A DNA stretch of 64,000 nucleotides from contig NC_133623.1 in the NCBI RefSeq assembly GCF_048593235.1, positions 17,910,211-17,974,210 of the forward strand, given 5' to 3'. The position numbers were made by a program, and so were the translations under genes. The notes under the pieces are model-generated. The model saw only the letters and a list, made by a program, of their open reading frames with translations. It was not told where the DNA came from and ran no database searches. Positions 10,710 to 24,900 of this stretch are shown here, one piece after another (position 1 is the first letter of the stretch; every line of letters begins with the position of its first letter). The DNA comes from Sminthopsis crassicaudata (lineage: Eukaryota).

Positions 10710-11105
10710 CTATGTGATGATCAACTGTGATGGACTTAGCTCTTTTCATCAATGAGGTGATTCAAGAAAATTCCAATAGCCTTGCAATGGAAAGCACTAT
10801 CTACACTCAGAGAGAGAACAAGGGAGACTGAATGTGGATCAAAGCAAAGTATTCTCACCTTTTCTGTTGTTGTTTGCTTGCTTCCCCCCCCCCCTCGTGG
10901 TTTTTCCCTTTTTTGTCTGAATTTTTTTTTTTTTGGCAGAACATGACTAATATGGAAATATGTTTAAAAGAAATGCACGTGGTTCAACCTCTCTCAGACT
11001 ATTTGCTGTCTTGGGGAGGGAGGAACTGAGGGAGAGGAGGGAGAAAAATTTGGAACACAAAGTTTTACAAAAATGTATGTTGAAAATTATATTTATTTGG
11101 AAAAA
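10710..11105 (+). mobile_element. Old L1 3' UTR remnant (probable continuation of fragment at about 8615-8656)
   Basis: tgtgatgatcaactgtgatggacttagctc... through a G-rich tract and A-rich end, homologous to the other L1 3' UTRs in the window. Confidence 0.65.
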
Positions 11106-14100
11106 AAGTACTACTGGGAAAAATGTCTCCCCTTAACTTTCCAAGAAAAGATGACTTACCAAATGGTTATGGTATCCAAAATGAAACTAAGTACAAGCTA
11201 CATGCTCTGTGTCCTGGTTAGGACTCTATCCTCAATCCCTCCTGCCTGACAACCTCTCCCCCACACCCCAACTCTACTTACTGTCATTCCTGGGTCCATA
11301 CTGACACCACAATGTTTTTTCTCTGGTTATCTTTGGTTATCATATTTTATGATGATGGTCCAAAAATCAGCTTTACATTGAAACAGAAGCCTTCTTTACA
11401 AAGGAGAAATATTCCTGAAATAGAATAATTTGTGAATAAGATTACTTGTAAGTTCCAGGAGTGAAACTAAAGACAGAATCAAAGTTCAGAACTGGTGGGC
11501 TGGCAGCTTCATTTTCTAAGCAGCTTACGCATGTAAATGATCCCATTACTTCCTTTTCCTAAGATTATGCTCAATGAGTATAATGCATACACACATAATA
11601 TTAAGAGCATTAGCACATTGATTTTTTCAACTTGCAGGCTTCACACACTATTTTGAAGTTTCCTCTTCACTCCCTCCCCATTCTTGGGTTCAGTTTTCTC
11701 AAGTTGGACAGATGAGAAGAGAGCACCCAAAGGGTAGAAGTCAGAGACACAACTCTCTGGAGTCTCTGCACCTCATCCTATTAAAGCGAATACAATCTAG
11801 CAAAGTGAATTTCTGCTACCTCTTGGGCAACCAACAAGAATTTTTAGAGACAAAAATGTGTTTCATTGTTAATTAGAGTGACACCTCAAAGGAGTTCAAG
11901 GTGATGCATTTGCAAATGTATAAGGATGTATGTTTTCATCTGATTTATTTTTTTCTACTGTCTAGGAGCCCAATTAACATAGGCATGTTTTAAGAGCAGC
12001 TCAATAATATCACAGTAACTAAGAAAGTTAAGTCATTACTAAATCAACTATCACATGATGGGTTTTCAGGATGAGCTGAGTAACAGTGGTTTCTGCTAAT
12101 TTCTTTTGATACTGGATACTAATTTCAAAGTCTTAAAATCACATTTTTAGCTAAAAAACGCTAATCAGTGCTTAGAGAATGCCACGCCCTTGTTAGTGAT
12201 GTCCAGATGCATGATAGGTATGTGGGTACTTTTTGCGTGAGATTCTCTCCTTCCCGTCCCTGAAAATGCAGACTTCTACCACATACAGCAATTATTCATG
12301 ATGGTATTTAAGGAGTTCATGGTAAATGTCAGTTTTCTATATGATGAATATCAGTAGCTGATTGACAGCTCATGCCTTCCACAAGTATTCTCCTGATGTT
12401 AAAAGAGAAAACAAAGAAGGCTTCAAGAACATTAAGCAGAATCCTTCTGGTGAACTCACGGGAGGACATGAACAAGCATCAACAAGGATAGGCAAACTGA
12501 GACAGGCTACGATCTGCAAGGTTGGAATGAATATCCACGGAGATGCTATCGTGAACTTATTGGAATATTAAAGAGTAGCATTTTTGTCAGTTGCATTTCT
12601 TCATTTATACCTCATATATAAATTTGCAAAGATTCTGCAATTTTTTCAGCATAAAGAATTCCTTGCTCCACTGCAGACTGCCACCTTGGTGTCCAAGAAT
12701 ACAGATGCTAATGAATTTCTCAAAGCACATGAAGGGTAAACTTAAGGTAACACAGTTAATCTTTGAGGAGGGACTTGAACTCAGGTTTTCTATCAGTACT
12801 CTTCCAAATTATACACTGTATCTAATCATCTGGCTAAAGGCCTATAACAAGCTGTATAAACAGTAAAGTCACTCACCAAGCATCTAAAACATTTTCCTAA
12901 TATTTACAGGAACAATAACTCAAGTCCCTAGAAAACTTCCCTTTTCAAAATTACTTTGACTTTCTTTCTCCCTAGTCCAACACTTCATAAAAGGTATCTT
13001 TGCTGTATTTAGTATAGAACTACAGCGGGGAAAGAGGCTAATGGATTTCAACAATTTAGTGCAATTCTGGAAATCAAAAGTCTGAGGTCTGACTGTCAAA
13101 AATGCACAGATATCAAAGGATCAAAGAAACATAGCTGGAAGGGCATCTCACATGTTTGCAGTCCAATGTGCTCATTTTACAGAAGAAGAAATTATGGTGC
13201 AGGGAAAGGAAGTGACTAATATAGAATCACTCAAGAAACAAAAAGCCAGAGCCAGAACGGAGGTCCCGTGACTCTAGAATCAGCATTCTGTCTACATCCC
13301 ATGGTCCCCTTCCTCCTACTTGTATCTCTACCTTTAGAAGCCCAAATCTGACTTAGGTTATTCATGTATAAACAGGTTAAATACATTTTCATATGAGTAC
13401 AGGCAAAGAAATTTGGATAAAAGAATTTCTAACCATGCTTAACTCTAAAAGGTAATCATCTAAACAGTCTACTAGTAAAAGAGATGGTCAAGGTGGAGAT
13501 ACACTCACACTATGGGGACTCCTACTTTATTTTCCCCTCTTTCCCCCTCCTGCTGTCTGGCACTGACCGAAACCCAAGTAGTCTACTTCGCTGAGCATAT
13601 GATTTCAATGAAATTCTGTTTCTTCGAGTCAGGTGGAAACCTACTACTTCTCAACAGCTATTAATCTACCGTCTTCCAGATCTTCCAGGTATTACCTTGC
13701 CCTGCCTCTAGTCCTCTGACACTATCATTTGATCACCCATACACGGTGTCCCCTCCCATTCACAAATGAGCTCTTAAAGAATTGGAGATTCCTCATCTTT
13801 TCTATTTGTATCGCCAGCGTATAGCCAAATCCTTGGCACAGGAAAGGCATTTAATAAATGTTGTTTCATTGTACCTATTTGTTGGAATCTGAGACCCTCC
13901 AGGCCACCTAGAGCCTTCATAAAACAAATTCACAAAGAGCTGCCAAAAGCCATCTACTGATGTGCTTCTTAAAAACAGTGCAATGCTTGTTCTTAGGTTA
14001 TTACATCACATCTTTCCAAAGATGAGAATGATTGTGGCTTTATAACAACGTAATTAGCCCTAATGTGGCAGAGTAAACATTTGCTTTAACATTTAGGATT

Positions 14101-14549
14101 TGATTCATCAACTATTTATTAAGCACCTAAGCACTGTTCAAGGACAGTGCTGGAGATGGAAGGACAAAGCAGCTCATGTTCTGCTGAGAGGTCCATCGTG
14201 AACATGTCAAAAAATCTATGGTACACACAGCAGAATGCAAAGGGAGGGATGGTAAGTGAGAGGGTCAGCAGAGGCCTCCTGTGGAAGGCAGCGCTGGGGC
14301 TGTGCTGTAAAAGAAGCAGGGACTCTATGGCGCAGAGTAAGACTACACACATTCCACACATGGAGGAAAAGCAAGGAGACGGAGATCAAAGGCCACGTAC
14401 AGACAACAGCCAGCCTCCTTCCTCCTTTTCTCTGTCCATATAGGATATCATACCCTTACCTAGAGATGCTCTTAAAAGCATTTTTTCTCACCTGCACGTC
14501 TGAACCCTCCCAAGATATCTTGGGGTTTATTGGCTAAACTTCTCTCAAG

Positions 14550-15026
14550 GACCAGGCCTTAAACCAAACCCACTCTGATTCTAATTGGCCACCAACAGGT
14601 CCTAGGCCAAGCCCCATCCGGTCATTGTTTTGGTCCAGATCAACTTGGACTGTGTAAATAGCAGTCATTTCTGCTTTGGCAAGAAACCCTGAAGGTCTTC
14701 CCCTCTCAGATTCTTTTATTTATGTTGTTTTGGACTAGGTGAAGAGGAGATTCTTTGTCTCAATTGCTCCCTAGCCTTAATCACTGAGTGCCTGTCACAC
14801 TGAGACCTGGAAAAGATCTGAACTTAAAAAGGCCAAGGCTTCCCATTGCATGGGGGCCCATCTCCAGTCATCCTGATCTCCACCTGGCCAGATGGGTCTG
14901 GAGGGGAAAGTGAGGCAGGAGAGTCTGCACAGCCCTCCCCCTCACTTCAATCCAATTCATTCACAGGTCATAGCATCACCTCCCCATTGTCATGGTCCTG
15001 GTCCTCTTCAATGAAGGACAAACAAC
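14550..15026 (-). mobile_element. Marsupial RTE-related SINE (WALLSI4/MdoRep-like)
   Basis: Recognised segments gaaagtgaggc...gcacagccctccc.ctcacttcaatccaattc...gtcatagcatcacctcc...gaaggacaaacaac. Exact family name is uncertain. Confidence 0.55.
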
Positions 15027-18000
15027 AGACAATACACAACAGCAGGCCAGTTTAAGAGAACTGGAGCACATCTGAAGAGGAAATATATGAACTAATACTA
15101 GAAAGATAGGTAGGAGGCAAATTGAGTAGGGCTTTAAATGTAAGAAGAGTAAATCTTTCTTTTTTCCTTGAAGTGAGAGGGAGCCAATGACTAATTTCTT
15201 TCATGGCAGGAAAATGAGACCAGCATGATCAAATCTATATTTTTAGGAGTATTGATCTTGAAATCATGTGACAGGATGGAAGAGAGGACAGATGCAGGCA
15301 GACCAATAAGAAAGCTAGGACCTGGGTACTTATCAGAGCAATTGATTGGTCAGCTGATTCACTTATTATGATGTACACAAACATCAGTCCAACTTGCATT
15401 TCCCTGGACAACACAGTCTTATGGATGCAACACATGTACAAAACACCAAAGCACAGTGGAAAGGCAAGGCCATTATCCTGATGATTCAGGGCCCCACAAT
15501 GTTGTTTTTGAGGGAAAAAATGGGCTTCAGTACCTGAATGATCCCGATTAGCTGTCGACAGTGATTGAATTCACTGGATAATTGGTGACCTGTCTACTTT
15601 ACTCTGCCTGGGTAAATACAGCCCAAGCATACAGATCCAACCATGACAGGTGCTGTAGAATTAAATAGAACCACAGAAAGATTGGTGCCTAGATCAAATG
15701 TGTTGCCTTTCCTTGCAGTACATTCATTATATCCTTGCTTGGAGCAATATTCTCAGCATCCCATCACCCACACGGCAGTGCTGGATGCCATTTTTGAAAT
15801 GACCGTTCACCGGTGGTCTGCTTCCCAAGGAGACATTTCAGCTCTTTCTTCCAAAGGAGATTAAGAAATTGTGATGGAAGGGATTCATGGAAAACAAAGT
15901 CAATAATGGGAAGGGAGCCACACCCTTTTTGTGATTTTCCCCAGTGGCTTTAAGTTGCCAATTACTTCTGATAGAAATCTGAAGACCTATATATTGGCCA
16001 GTTATGAAAAAAACTCAGTTGGGGGGGCGGGGAGAGAATATTTTTGCTAAGGAATACCTGATATTCAAGCCAGTTTTCAGTATTACTACTACAATCTAAG
16101 TGACAGCATCAGCTTTTTACAGATCAGCTGAACTTCTATAGCTTTTGGTTGATTCCATCTATGGCTTGCCATTGCTTGTTAATGGCAGAAAATAATGTAC
16201 CAGAAGATCAATAGCTCCAGGTACAGATTCCCAAAGTTATATGAGGGATGTAGCAGACAGAAGTGATACAGGGTCTCTGCCCACAAACTTCCCCCTACCT
16301 ACACTTTATTTCTAGCAATATTTTAGAGAAAACTAGATCCTTCCTTCTTTTGTTTTGATAAATCAGTAGAAACCTCAGGATAAGTGGATGTCAGTGGCAA
16401 AAACTCATAAACATAGGCTGTTTTACGTTTCTTGGGTATTTTGAGGCAAGCCTCATCTGCCTATCTGCATCCCAGTGTCCCTTTCAGCCCCAAGATTCCA
16501 TAGTCCAACAAAGCCATAACAGGAGGAAGTGCAGTCTATTCTTTTGGTGAATAGTATGGTTTTCTCTGGTCAAACATTTACATAATAAGGAGTCCCTATG
16601 CATTCAAAACGTTTATTTCTACCTGCTAGAATTCTCCGGATGACATCATTATGAAGATAATTTAAACAAAAGTAATCCTTTTTTTTTTTCGGTTTCAATT
16701 ATTAGATATTATAGATGAAAAGTGTTAGAGACTATTGTCATAACTTTTCCTTTCCTATCAATGGGAAGACAGAGCCAATGAATGGACACCATGAAAAACT
16801 TAATTCATCCTTCTACAAGCAAACACACAAACACACAGTTAGTTAAGTACTTGTAGCAAGAAGGAGCTTATACCTTAGGGCAATCTGGTTCACAAAGGTG
16901 ATTTTATACCCATAATCTAATTAAAATATTATGGTTTGATTTAGACTATATTGTTGTCAAGTTAATTTCCAACAATAAACAAAACTGCCTGGGAAATACT
17001 CTTAGTTCCTTTAAGAATGGTCACACTTCTGCAAAAAAATTATATAGTCACAAGATGTACTGATTTTTCCAATTAATTAGTCTTATTACCACTGCTCAGA
17101 TGAGTTCATCCAGACCTTTAATCAGGACAGGAACTGGTCATAAAGGTGGGCTCAAAGATCAGAATAGTTAACTTTCCACTGGAAAACAGAATTGGCTTTC
17201 ATTACTGGTGATCTATAAAACTATATTTTTAGTGTCAAAAAGAAAAATTGTAAAGACTCTTCACTTATCGGCCACTTTAGGATTATATTGAAGAATACAG
17301 AATCAATTGGAAAGAGAATTAGGGTTGCAATTTACATTTACTCCTGAAATTATTAAAACTTATTTTCCAATGTTTAAATATATTATTTCTCATGTAGATA
17401 CCTCACCAGCAGGGCGAGGATAAAAAGTTTTTCCCTTTTTAATCATATTACTAAGCCTTAGAAAAAAATTTGTGAGGCTTTATGGGTTGATGCATGAAGG
17501 GGATACATACATTACCTTAAAATATATATTACCACGAAGTGTAGTATCAAATACCCTACCCACATTTCCCAAGTTGAAATATACCAGCTAGAATGAATTA
17601 GCCCAAGACATTGCCACTTACTGTAGAAATATTGGATTTTATCAAGCTTGAGACTGTCAACCCACGTGGATAATAAGGTGCATTTAGTCACAAGGCTAAC
17701 ATGATATTCTTTTTAATCCTTTTGGAATATTTTTTCATGTTCCAAATTCTTGCATGGTATAGGCACAGCTAGCTAGGTAGTGTCTAGGTGGGTTTACCGG
17801 TTCAAAAGTTTTAAAGTGGATATTTGATAGGTTAATTTACTCAAAAACAAAAAAACAAACAAAACGATTTCTTTCCTCTTTAAGTTGACCTTCTGGCTTT
17901 ACTAATGTGAGTTAGTTATAAAACAAAACATACAGTCCCAGAGCAAAATATTAAATTGTGATTTGCAGAAGTCCAAACTGCCTTAGAGTCAAAGGTTATG

Positions 18001-18299
18001 AAGAATTTCAGAGTCACAGAATCTCAGAACTGGCTAGAAAGCATCTACTAAGTCACCCTTTCCAATTGACATCTGAACAAAAGTCTCCTCTGTAGCATAT
18101 TCCATTAATAGCCACAAAACAAGCATTTACAATGAAAAAGAAAAACAGGAGGTGCTCCAAGAGATCAATGCAGACATACAGATGACTACCAAGTCCTAGA
18201 AGAGCTACCACTCTGGACACTAAAAGAAGTGACAGATGGGCTATTGTGGAGCCACTGCCAATAACACTGCAAAGGCCATGAAGATTAGGATCCATAGGA

Positions 18300-18746
18300 T
18301 TAAAAACAGTTAAATCTTACCCCAGTTTTTAAAAAAAGGAGAATGGAACTTGCTAATAACAGGGCAACATTTTTATTCAAACCCCAGGAAGAGCAGGAAT
18401 GAATTACTAAAGAGATTTTTAGTGAACATCTGAAAAATTAAATGATGATCACTAAGAACCAACATGGCTTCACTAATGAGTAGTCATACTAGATTTACCT
18501 TATTTCATTTTTTGACAAGGTTACTAAACTGGGTAGGTCAGGACAATACTGTCCTAACAAGGACTGATATTACCCAGAATTAAAGAATTTGATGAAAAAA
18601 AAAAATCTGCTGTTATTGTTTGGAAAATATGGACAAAAGTGAATGGATGGATTTGTAATGGATTGAATGACCTTTCAAAGAGCAGTCATTTCACCTCCAC
18701 AGTGAAAATGAACAAGGATAAAAACCAAAGTCTTACAGTTGGTCTC

Positions 18747-18777
<31 letters not shown>

Positions 18778-19325
18778 ATTTTCAGAGTACAAGATAGAAG
18801 AGGAGGGGTTTGAAAGTACTGAGTTTTGGTAAACTTTGTGACAAGATAACAGATCTGTGGGGTTTCAGGAGCTTCAAGCTTAATGATTCTCATGTATGTA
18901 TGTGGTATGGCAGACAAAAAAGCTAACTCCAGGAATTGTCTCCAAAACAAAGTGATAGTGCTCCAGAACACTGCCTTGGTTAGAACACATCTGGAGCACC
19001 GTGCTTAGCTCTGGGCACTCCAATTGAAGAAGAACAAAAATAACTGGGAAAGCACCTTAAGGAGGACAATCAGGATACCCTCAAGGCCATATCATACAAG
19101 ACTGACTAAAGAAACTACAGAGGTTGAATCTGTAGGGACAGAATAGCTTTATTCAAGTATTTGAAAGACTGGCATGTGGAAGAAGGATTAGACTTGTTCT
19201 ATTTATTCCTGGGGGATGAATCGGGAACAAGGGGTCGAAGCTGCAAGGAGGCAGAAGAGCTGTCAATCAGCCTTGGCGAAGAGGAATTCCATCACTAGGA
19301 ATTCCTTACACAAATGGAACTACAA
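18300..19325 (+). mobile_element. Ancient CR1/L3 LINE remnant (RT region to 3' end)
   Basis: Degenerate NQHGFT...LISFFDKVTKL and WICNGLND..QRAVI motifs, plus ctggagcaccgtgcttagctctgggcac and ttcaagtatttgaaagactg, typical of CR1. Confidence 0.75.
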
Positions 19326-20586
19326 TTCTGAATCATCGGAAAGTTTGCTTTTCCACAAAATCCCTTTCAGCACATCTGCCAGAAGGCTTACTGTCTTTCC
19401 CTAGTGATGACTGCCACTGAGTACATAGCACCCCATATTATGTATCACCTGTTTGGGGCTGGGTAAATGATGTCCCACCAAGTCTTTCAGCATTATGGGA
19501 GACAGGACACTTGCCTACACAGAAGTGACATAGTACATAATGAGAATTTCTAGATCTGAGTCGACTTCAGAGGCAACTGACTCAGGCCTTAATTTGGTAA
19601 GGTTCATACCACAATAAAACCCGTGTCCGCAGAGAAGATCACAACTTCTTCACTTTCATGATTACTTTGGACAGTATGCAATTCTTCTCCGAATAATGTT
19701 TTTAAACACATAACATACAGAGGATTACAAAGAAAACCAATTATATTGAAAAACAGCTACTTAAAGTTCACAGATTCCAAGCTAACATTCCCTTGCAATG
19801 GAGTTGCTTTTGGTTTGTTTGGTTTTTTTTAACCAGTTGGGAAATATGTCTTTGGTTATCTTCAGAAGTGGCTGAGGCTGAAAAATTCACTACCTTGCCA
19901 TCACCCTGGAAATAAGTCCATATCAACGTCACCATATTGGCCCTCAGACTGTTGTGAGGAAAGAGTCACTTGTTAGTGAAAGTGAAGTAAAACAAATCTA
20001 TCTTACTTGGCTTGATAATCAATGCAGAGAGTTTCCTCCAACACTGCCTTGGAATACACCAGAAATCATTTTGTTGCACGACAAAAACACCACATGAATG
20101 CTGCTCAAGAGCCCTTTTTCCCAAAGAGGAGATGAATAGCACAGCTTGGCTGGGAACATGAAATTGTTGAGCAGAATGCCATTGAAACTTCCCAACCCTG
20201 GAAGAAGCATAGTGTAGGTGGTACAAATTTTCTAATCTAATTTGGAAATTAGAGAACTCAAAAAAAAACAGCACTGGGCAACATTCCTGACATGGGCTGC
20301 TTACTTCAGGTACCCCAACCCATTCACAGCATCTACATACTGCCAGGACATCTGCAGGAAGAGCTAAAGAAAATCCAGCTCCCTGAATGACTAATCTGAA
20401 TGAAGCTCAAGTAACTGAGCAACTTTCTGATATGGGGCAGCTAGATGAGGCAGTAGATAAGAGTCTACTCTTAAATGCTTGTCTCAAAACTGAAAAATGG
20501 ATGAGGGCTTTAATAAGAAGCCCTCATTGCTGCCAACTTGATGTGTGAGAGTTATCCATCAGCCTTGCGAAACAAGAATCTACTTC

Positions 20587-20587
<1 letters not shown>

Positions 20588-20624
<37 letters not shown>
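20588..20624. repeat. (CA)n microsatellite
   Basis: Direct reading. Confidence 0.95.
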
Positions 20625-20625
<1 letters not shown>

Positions 20626-21499
20626 CAGTATTTCACATATCTTCCAAGGCCACTTTCTTTCCCTTCCAGCCATCTTCTGACTATTCTCTTAATTGTATGA
20701 TTTTTTAAAAAAGCAAGATTCTGCCAGCAACTAGTATATCTCCTACATTTATCTGAAAAGCAAAGGGAAAATGGAAGCCAAATGCTTTGGACCAAATAGA
20801 TTTCTTTAGCTGTTTATGTTGTTTAGTCTTAGAAATCTTAATATTCACTTTTGGGACTTTAGAATGAGAAGTCATATCTAAACCCAGGTCTCTCTCTAAT
20901 CACCTCAAACTAGTCATTGCAGCATCCAGATGAAAGGGAAGAGAAATTTTAAGAAGGGGAATGTCACAGCAAAACAACAAAAGAGGAATGACTCAGTGCC
21001 ACCCACTGATTTTGTCTGCCCATTTTATTCTCAAATCCAAAAGTGGTAAACAAACACATCCATACTTTCTGTGGAGGACCACTGTGACTCAGGAGCAGGG
21101 AGAGATATAAAAGAGGCACAAGCTTTTGGTGGGTTTGCATTCTTAATATACTATGCACATATAAGAACTATCTTAGAGATATCAAAGGCCTTTAAGTAGG
21201 GGACTTACTATATTTTGTAACTGAGACATCACAGAGGAAAATACTTCAAGTACAGAGATGGAAGTAGAGGCAATTTCATAAAATTCACTCTAGTCATGGA
21301 AATGGAAGGTTTTTAAAATAAAAAGAAAGGTTATATTGACAACATTATAAGACAGGCAGAGGCCAGGTTGGAATAGGAAAAGTGAAATAAGAGAATTTAG
21401 TTGGGAGGGTAAAAAAAAATGCTTAAAAGTGAAAGATCTTCCAGGTCATCTAATCTAAGCTCTTAATTTGACAATCAAATAAACTGAAACCAAGAAAAG

Positions 21500-22648
21500 T
21501 AAAGTGATTTGCAAAAGGAGGAACAATTATGAAAGGAAACAAAAAGGGCAGGATCCAAGGATTAGGACTGGGACAAGGAGGGGAGAAGGTAATGAAGAGA
21601 TTGAGATCAGATAATTAAGTAATGTAAACTACAGATGCCAAATGCAGAATTTGTCCTTTTTTTCCTTTTAAACTACAAAGTGGGGGGAGTTGAAGAGGGA
21701 GGAAAAACATCAATCAAATGGAAGGAAAGCAGAACTAAATAATCATAACCATGAATAAACACATTAAAAACCTAAAGGCACACAGGGGCTAAAATGAGGA
21801 GGGTGGAGCAAAATATATTATGCTTCACTTGAATCCCAAAGAGCCAGAATGACAATCATGGGCTCAGAGAAAGCAATGGTAAAAATAGAGTGGAGAAAGA
21901 AAAGCAAGAGAACAAAAATTACATTATCCTTAAAAGGTAAATATAGTGTTACCTAATGGCATAGCAGCAAAATATTTCAAAGAAAAGTTAAGTGAATTGT
22001 AAGCAGCAGTACGAGTGGGAGACTTAATAATTTATGTCAATCACAAAAAAAAAAAAAGGAGAAATTAAATATCTGAACAGAATCTTAGAAAAAACTCAAT
22101 ATAACAGGTGGAAAATTTTAAAATCACAAGATCATTAAGAGTTGGAAAGGACTTCAGTGGCTCTCTAGTTTAATATGCTCATTTTATAGATGAAGAATTA
22201 AGAGCCTTTCCACTGGTGACACTCTTAATAAGTGACTGAGATAGATAGGATTTGAATCTAGGTCTCCTTACTCCAAAACTAGTACTCTATCTCTGACACC
22301 ACATTTTCTTTTACTCTATGCAAAAACTGATGGTATGCATTTACAATTCATAAAACACAGAAAGATGAAAGTGCTGAATATTTTCCCCCCCCTGAGGCTG
22401 GGGTTAAGTGACTTGCCCAGGGTCACACAGCTAGGAAGTGTTAAGTGTCTGAGACCAGATTTGAACTTGGGTCCTCTTGAATTCAGGGCTAGTGCTCTAT
22501 CCACTGTGCCACCTAGCTGCCCCCTGTATTGAATATTTATAAAAGAAGGCAACAAAAATTTGAATCAGCAAGATGAATGTGAACCAGGATTATAGCTTTA
22601 AATAGAGTCCAATAATTTTATCCTAAAGAATGAGGTCAAAAAAAAAAA

Positions 22649-22686
<38 letters not shown>

Positions 22687-24900
22687 TTACATTAAAAAAA
22701 CAATGATATAACACATAAAAGTTTGTATAAGGGCCCCTTTGGGCTGCATACTAACTTAGTGTTTAAAGTATAATGTTATTTATGTTTCATTGGAAAATAT
22801 TTAACAAAATAAATAAAATACAATTACATTTTAACTCAGCTGACAGCACTATAAGACGGTGTGTTTGATACCTCTGGGCTAGAACATTGAAAGGTTGCAT
22901 GATATGCTAAGCACCAGATACCCCAGGTCTTCTGGCTTCTGGATTATCTATGTATCTAAGCCAAGCCAGAGAGATGAAGACTTTAAAAATAGGTAGGAAA
23001 CTGAAGAGATCAGCAAAAGCATTTAGACAATATCAATTATGTACACAAGTTTAAAAGGTTTTGCACAAACAAAAATGTATAGGTAGATTCAGAGGAAAAG
23101 TACAGAATGGATCAATGTAAGAGGAATAAGTTTAAAAAACAAGAAAAAGGCCTAGAAACAACTGTAAACAATAACCCAGTGTTAAGATGAAAACATGAAT
23201 CACTTAATGCAAGACTCCCACTTGACAAGGATCCTGGGAGAATGTAAAAATGGTTTGATGAAAAATAAATTTGGAGCAAAATCTAACATAATATATTTCA
23301 AAGGGTCCCAAATAGTTGTGACTAAAATGTCAAGGGTCACATACTTAAAAACTTAAAGAAGAATACAACATTCACAAAATATAAGACAAAAGAGAAAAGG
23401 TAAAAAAGACTCAAAGCAGTTTTTTTTTGTTTTTTTAAAGAATAAAATAAAACTAGCAGAATAAGAAAAACTATCAACTGGAAAAAAAAACAACTGTTTC
23501 CTCAAACAGCTTTGATAAAAGTCTGATAAAAGATATAAATATATAAAACTAAAATAAATTTTCCAAAACATGAGATCAAAAGATATGAACAAACATTTTT
23601 CAAAATAAAAATGTAAAATATCAACAAGCACAAATTAAACTTCTCCAAGTCCCTTATATGAAAAATGCAGAATAAAACAAACTCTGAAGTTTCACCTCAT
23701 ACCCAGAAAATTGACAAAAATGATAAAAGATGGAAATAGACAATGTTTGGAGCCTTGTGGAAAGTCAGAGTAGTATGCTATTGGTGGAACTAGGAATTAT
23801 TTTTCTCATTCTTTGAAAATATTTGAAATTATACCAGAAAAAGAACTCCACTGTTCACATTTTTTGACTCAACAATTTTACCATGGGACATGTACTCCAA
23901 TGATATCAATCACAGGGGTGAAAAAGGTATTTTATATATACGCAAAAATATTCACAGCAGAACATTTTACAATGGCAAAAAAAGGCACAAATGTCAATCG
24001 AGAAATCACTGAACAAATTCAGTTAAAATAAAATATTATTACACATTAAGAAAATACAAAATTCAGACAGACATGGTAAGCCTTATAGAAACAGATATAA
24101 AGTTAAAAAGAACTAAGAGAATAAAGTAAATTCTATGCAATGTAAATGAAAAAGACATGAAAAGTTTTATTAAATATAATGATTAATCTTTATCTCACAT
24201 AACCAATGATAAACACAATTCTTTCCTCAGCAGAGAGGTGGAAGACAATGGGTATATATTAACACCAGTCATTGCACTGGTTGCTGTTGCTTTATTTTTT
24301 GTTGCTTTTGTTAACAAGACAGGAAGAGTCACCAAAAGTATGAATAAAAGATGTTTTTCAAAACAAACAAATAAAAAATTAACAGAAGAGTATAAAAATA
24401 CACAGATTAAAAGAAAATATTTTCATTAAATATTTCTGACAAAAGTCTGACATCCAAAATCCATAGGGAATTGAAATATATAAATATATTGAAAACCATT
24501 CACAAGACATAAACAATCTGTAAAAGAAGAAATATAAACTATCAATAACCATCCTCAATTGTTTAAAGTCGCCAGTAATCAGAAAAATTCAAACTAAGGA
24601 ACCATCATATAACCTGTAAATTAGTAACAAAAAAATCTCTCTATTGGAAACCTTTAGGAAGATAGACATTCTAATTCACTACTGGTAGAAAAATAAACTA
24701 CTTCAAACACTCTGAAAGAAAATTTGGAATTATGTGAGAAATTTCTAAATTATCCATGCCCTTTGACCCAGAGTTTCTGCTACTAGGACCAAAACTCAAG
24801 AAGAAAAGACCTCTACATACAAAAATATACACCCAACAATTTTGAAATGGCCAGATGAACATGGTACATAAATGTAATGAAATACCATTATACTGTAAGA
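21500..24900 (+). mobile_element. Patchwork of very old L1 fragments (EN region and two ORF2 3' ends), interrupted by SINEs and a DNA transposon fragment
   Basis: Degenerate EN (ggagcaaaatatattatgcttca, aataattttatcctaaagaatgag) and repeated C-terminal blocks (tctgataaaag, ccctttgacccagag...ctactagg). Confidence 0.6.
22381..22523 (-). mobile_element. tRNA-derived CORE-SINE, WSINE1-like
   Basis: Reverse complement reads ggggcagctaggtggcacagtgg (A box) ... agttcaaatc (B box) ... gtgaccctgggcaagtcacttaacccc. Short form typical of Australian marsupials. Confidence 0.85.

Noticed and set aside
15532-15605. Candidate minus-strand exon (HQLSSEFNHCRQLIGIIQ)
   Set aside because: The better acceptor gives stops in all three frames, and the open reading needs a purine-rich, weak acceptor.
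22700-22876. hAT-like terminus gtttgatacctctg suggesting a second Charlie MITE
   Set aside because: Only one end is recognisable and no TSD can be verified. Similar half-elements at about 19680-19800 and 50980-51130 were also left uncalled.
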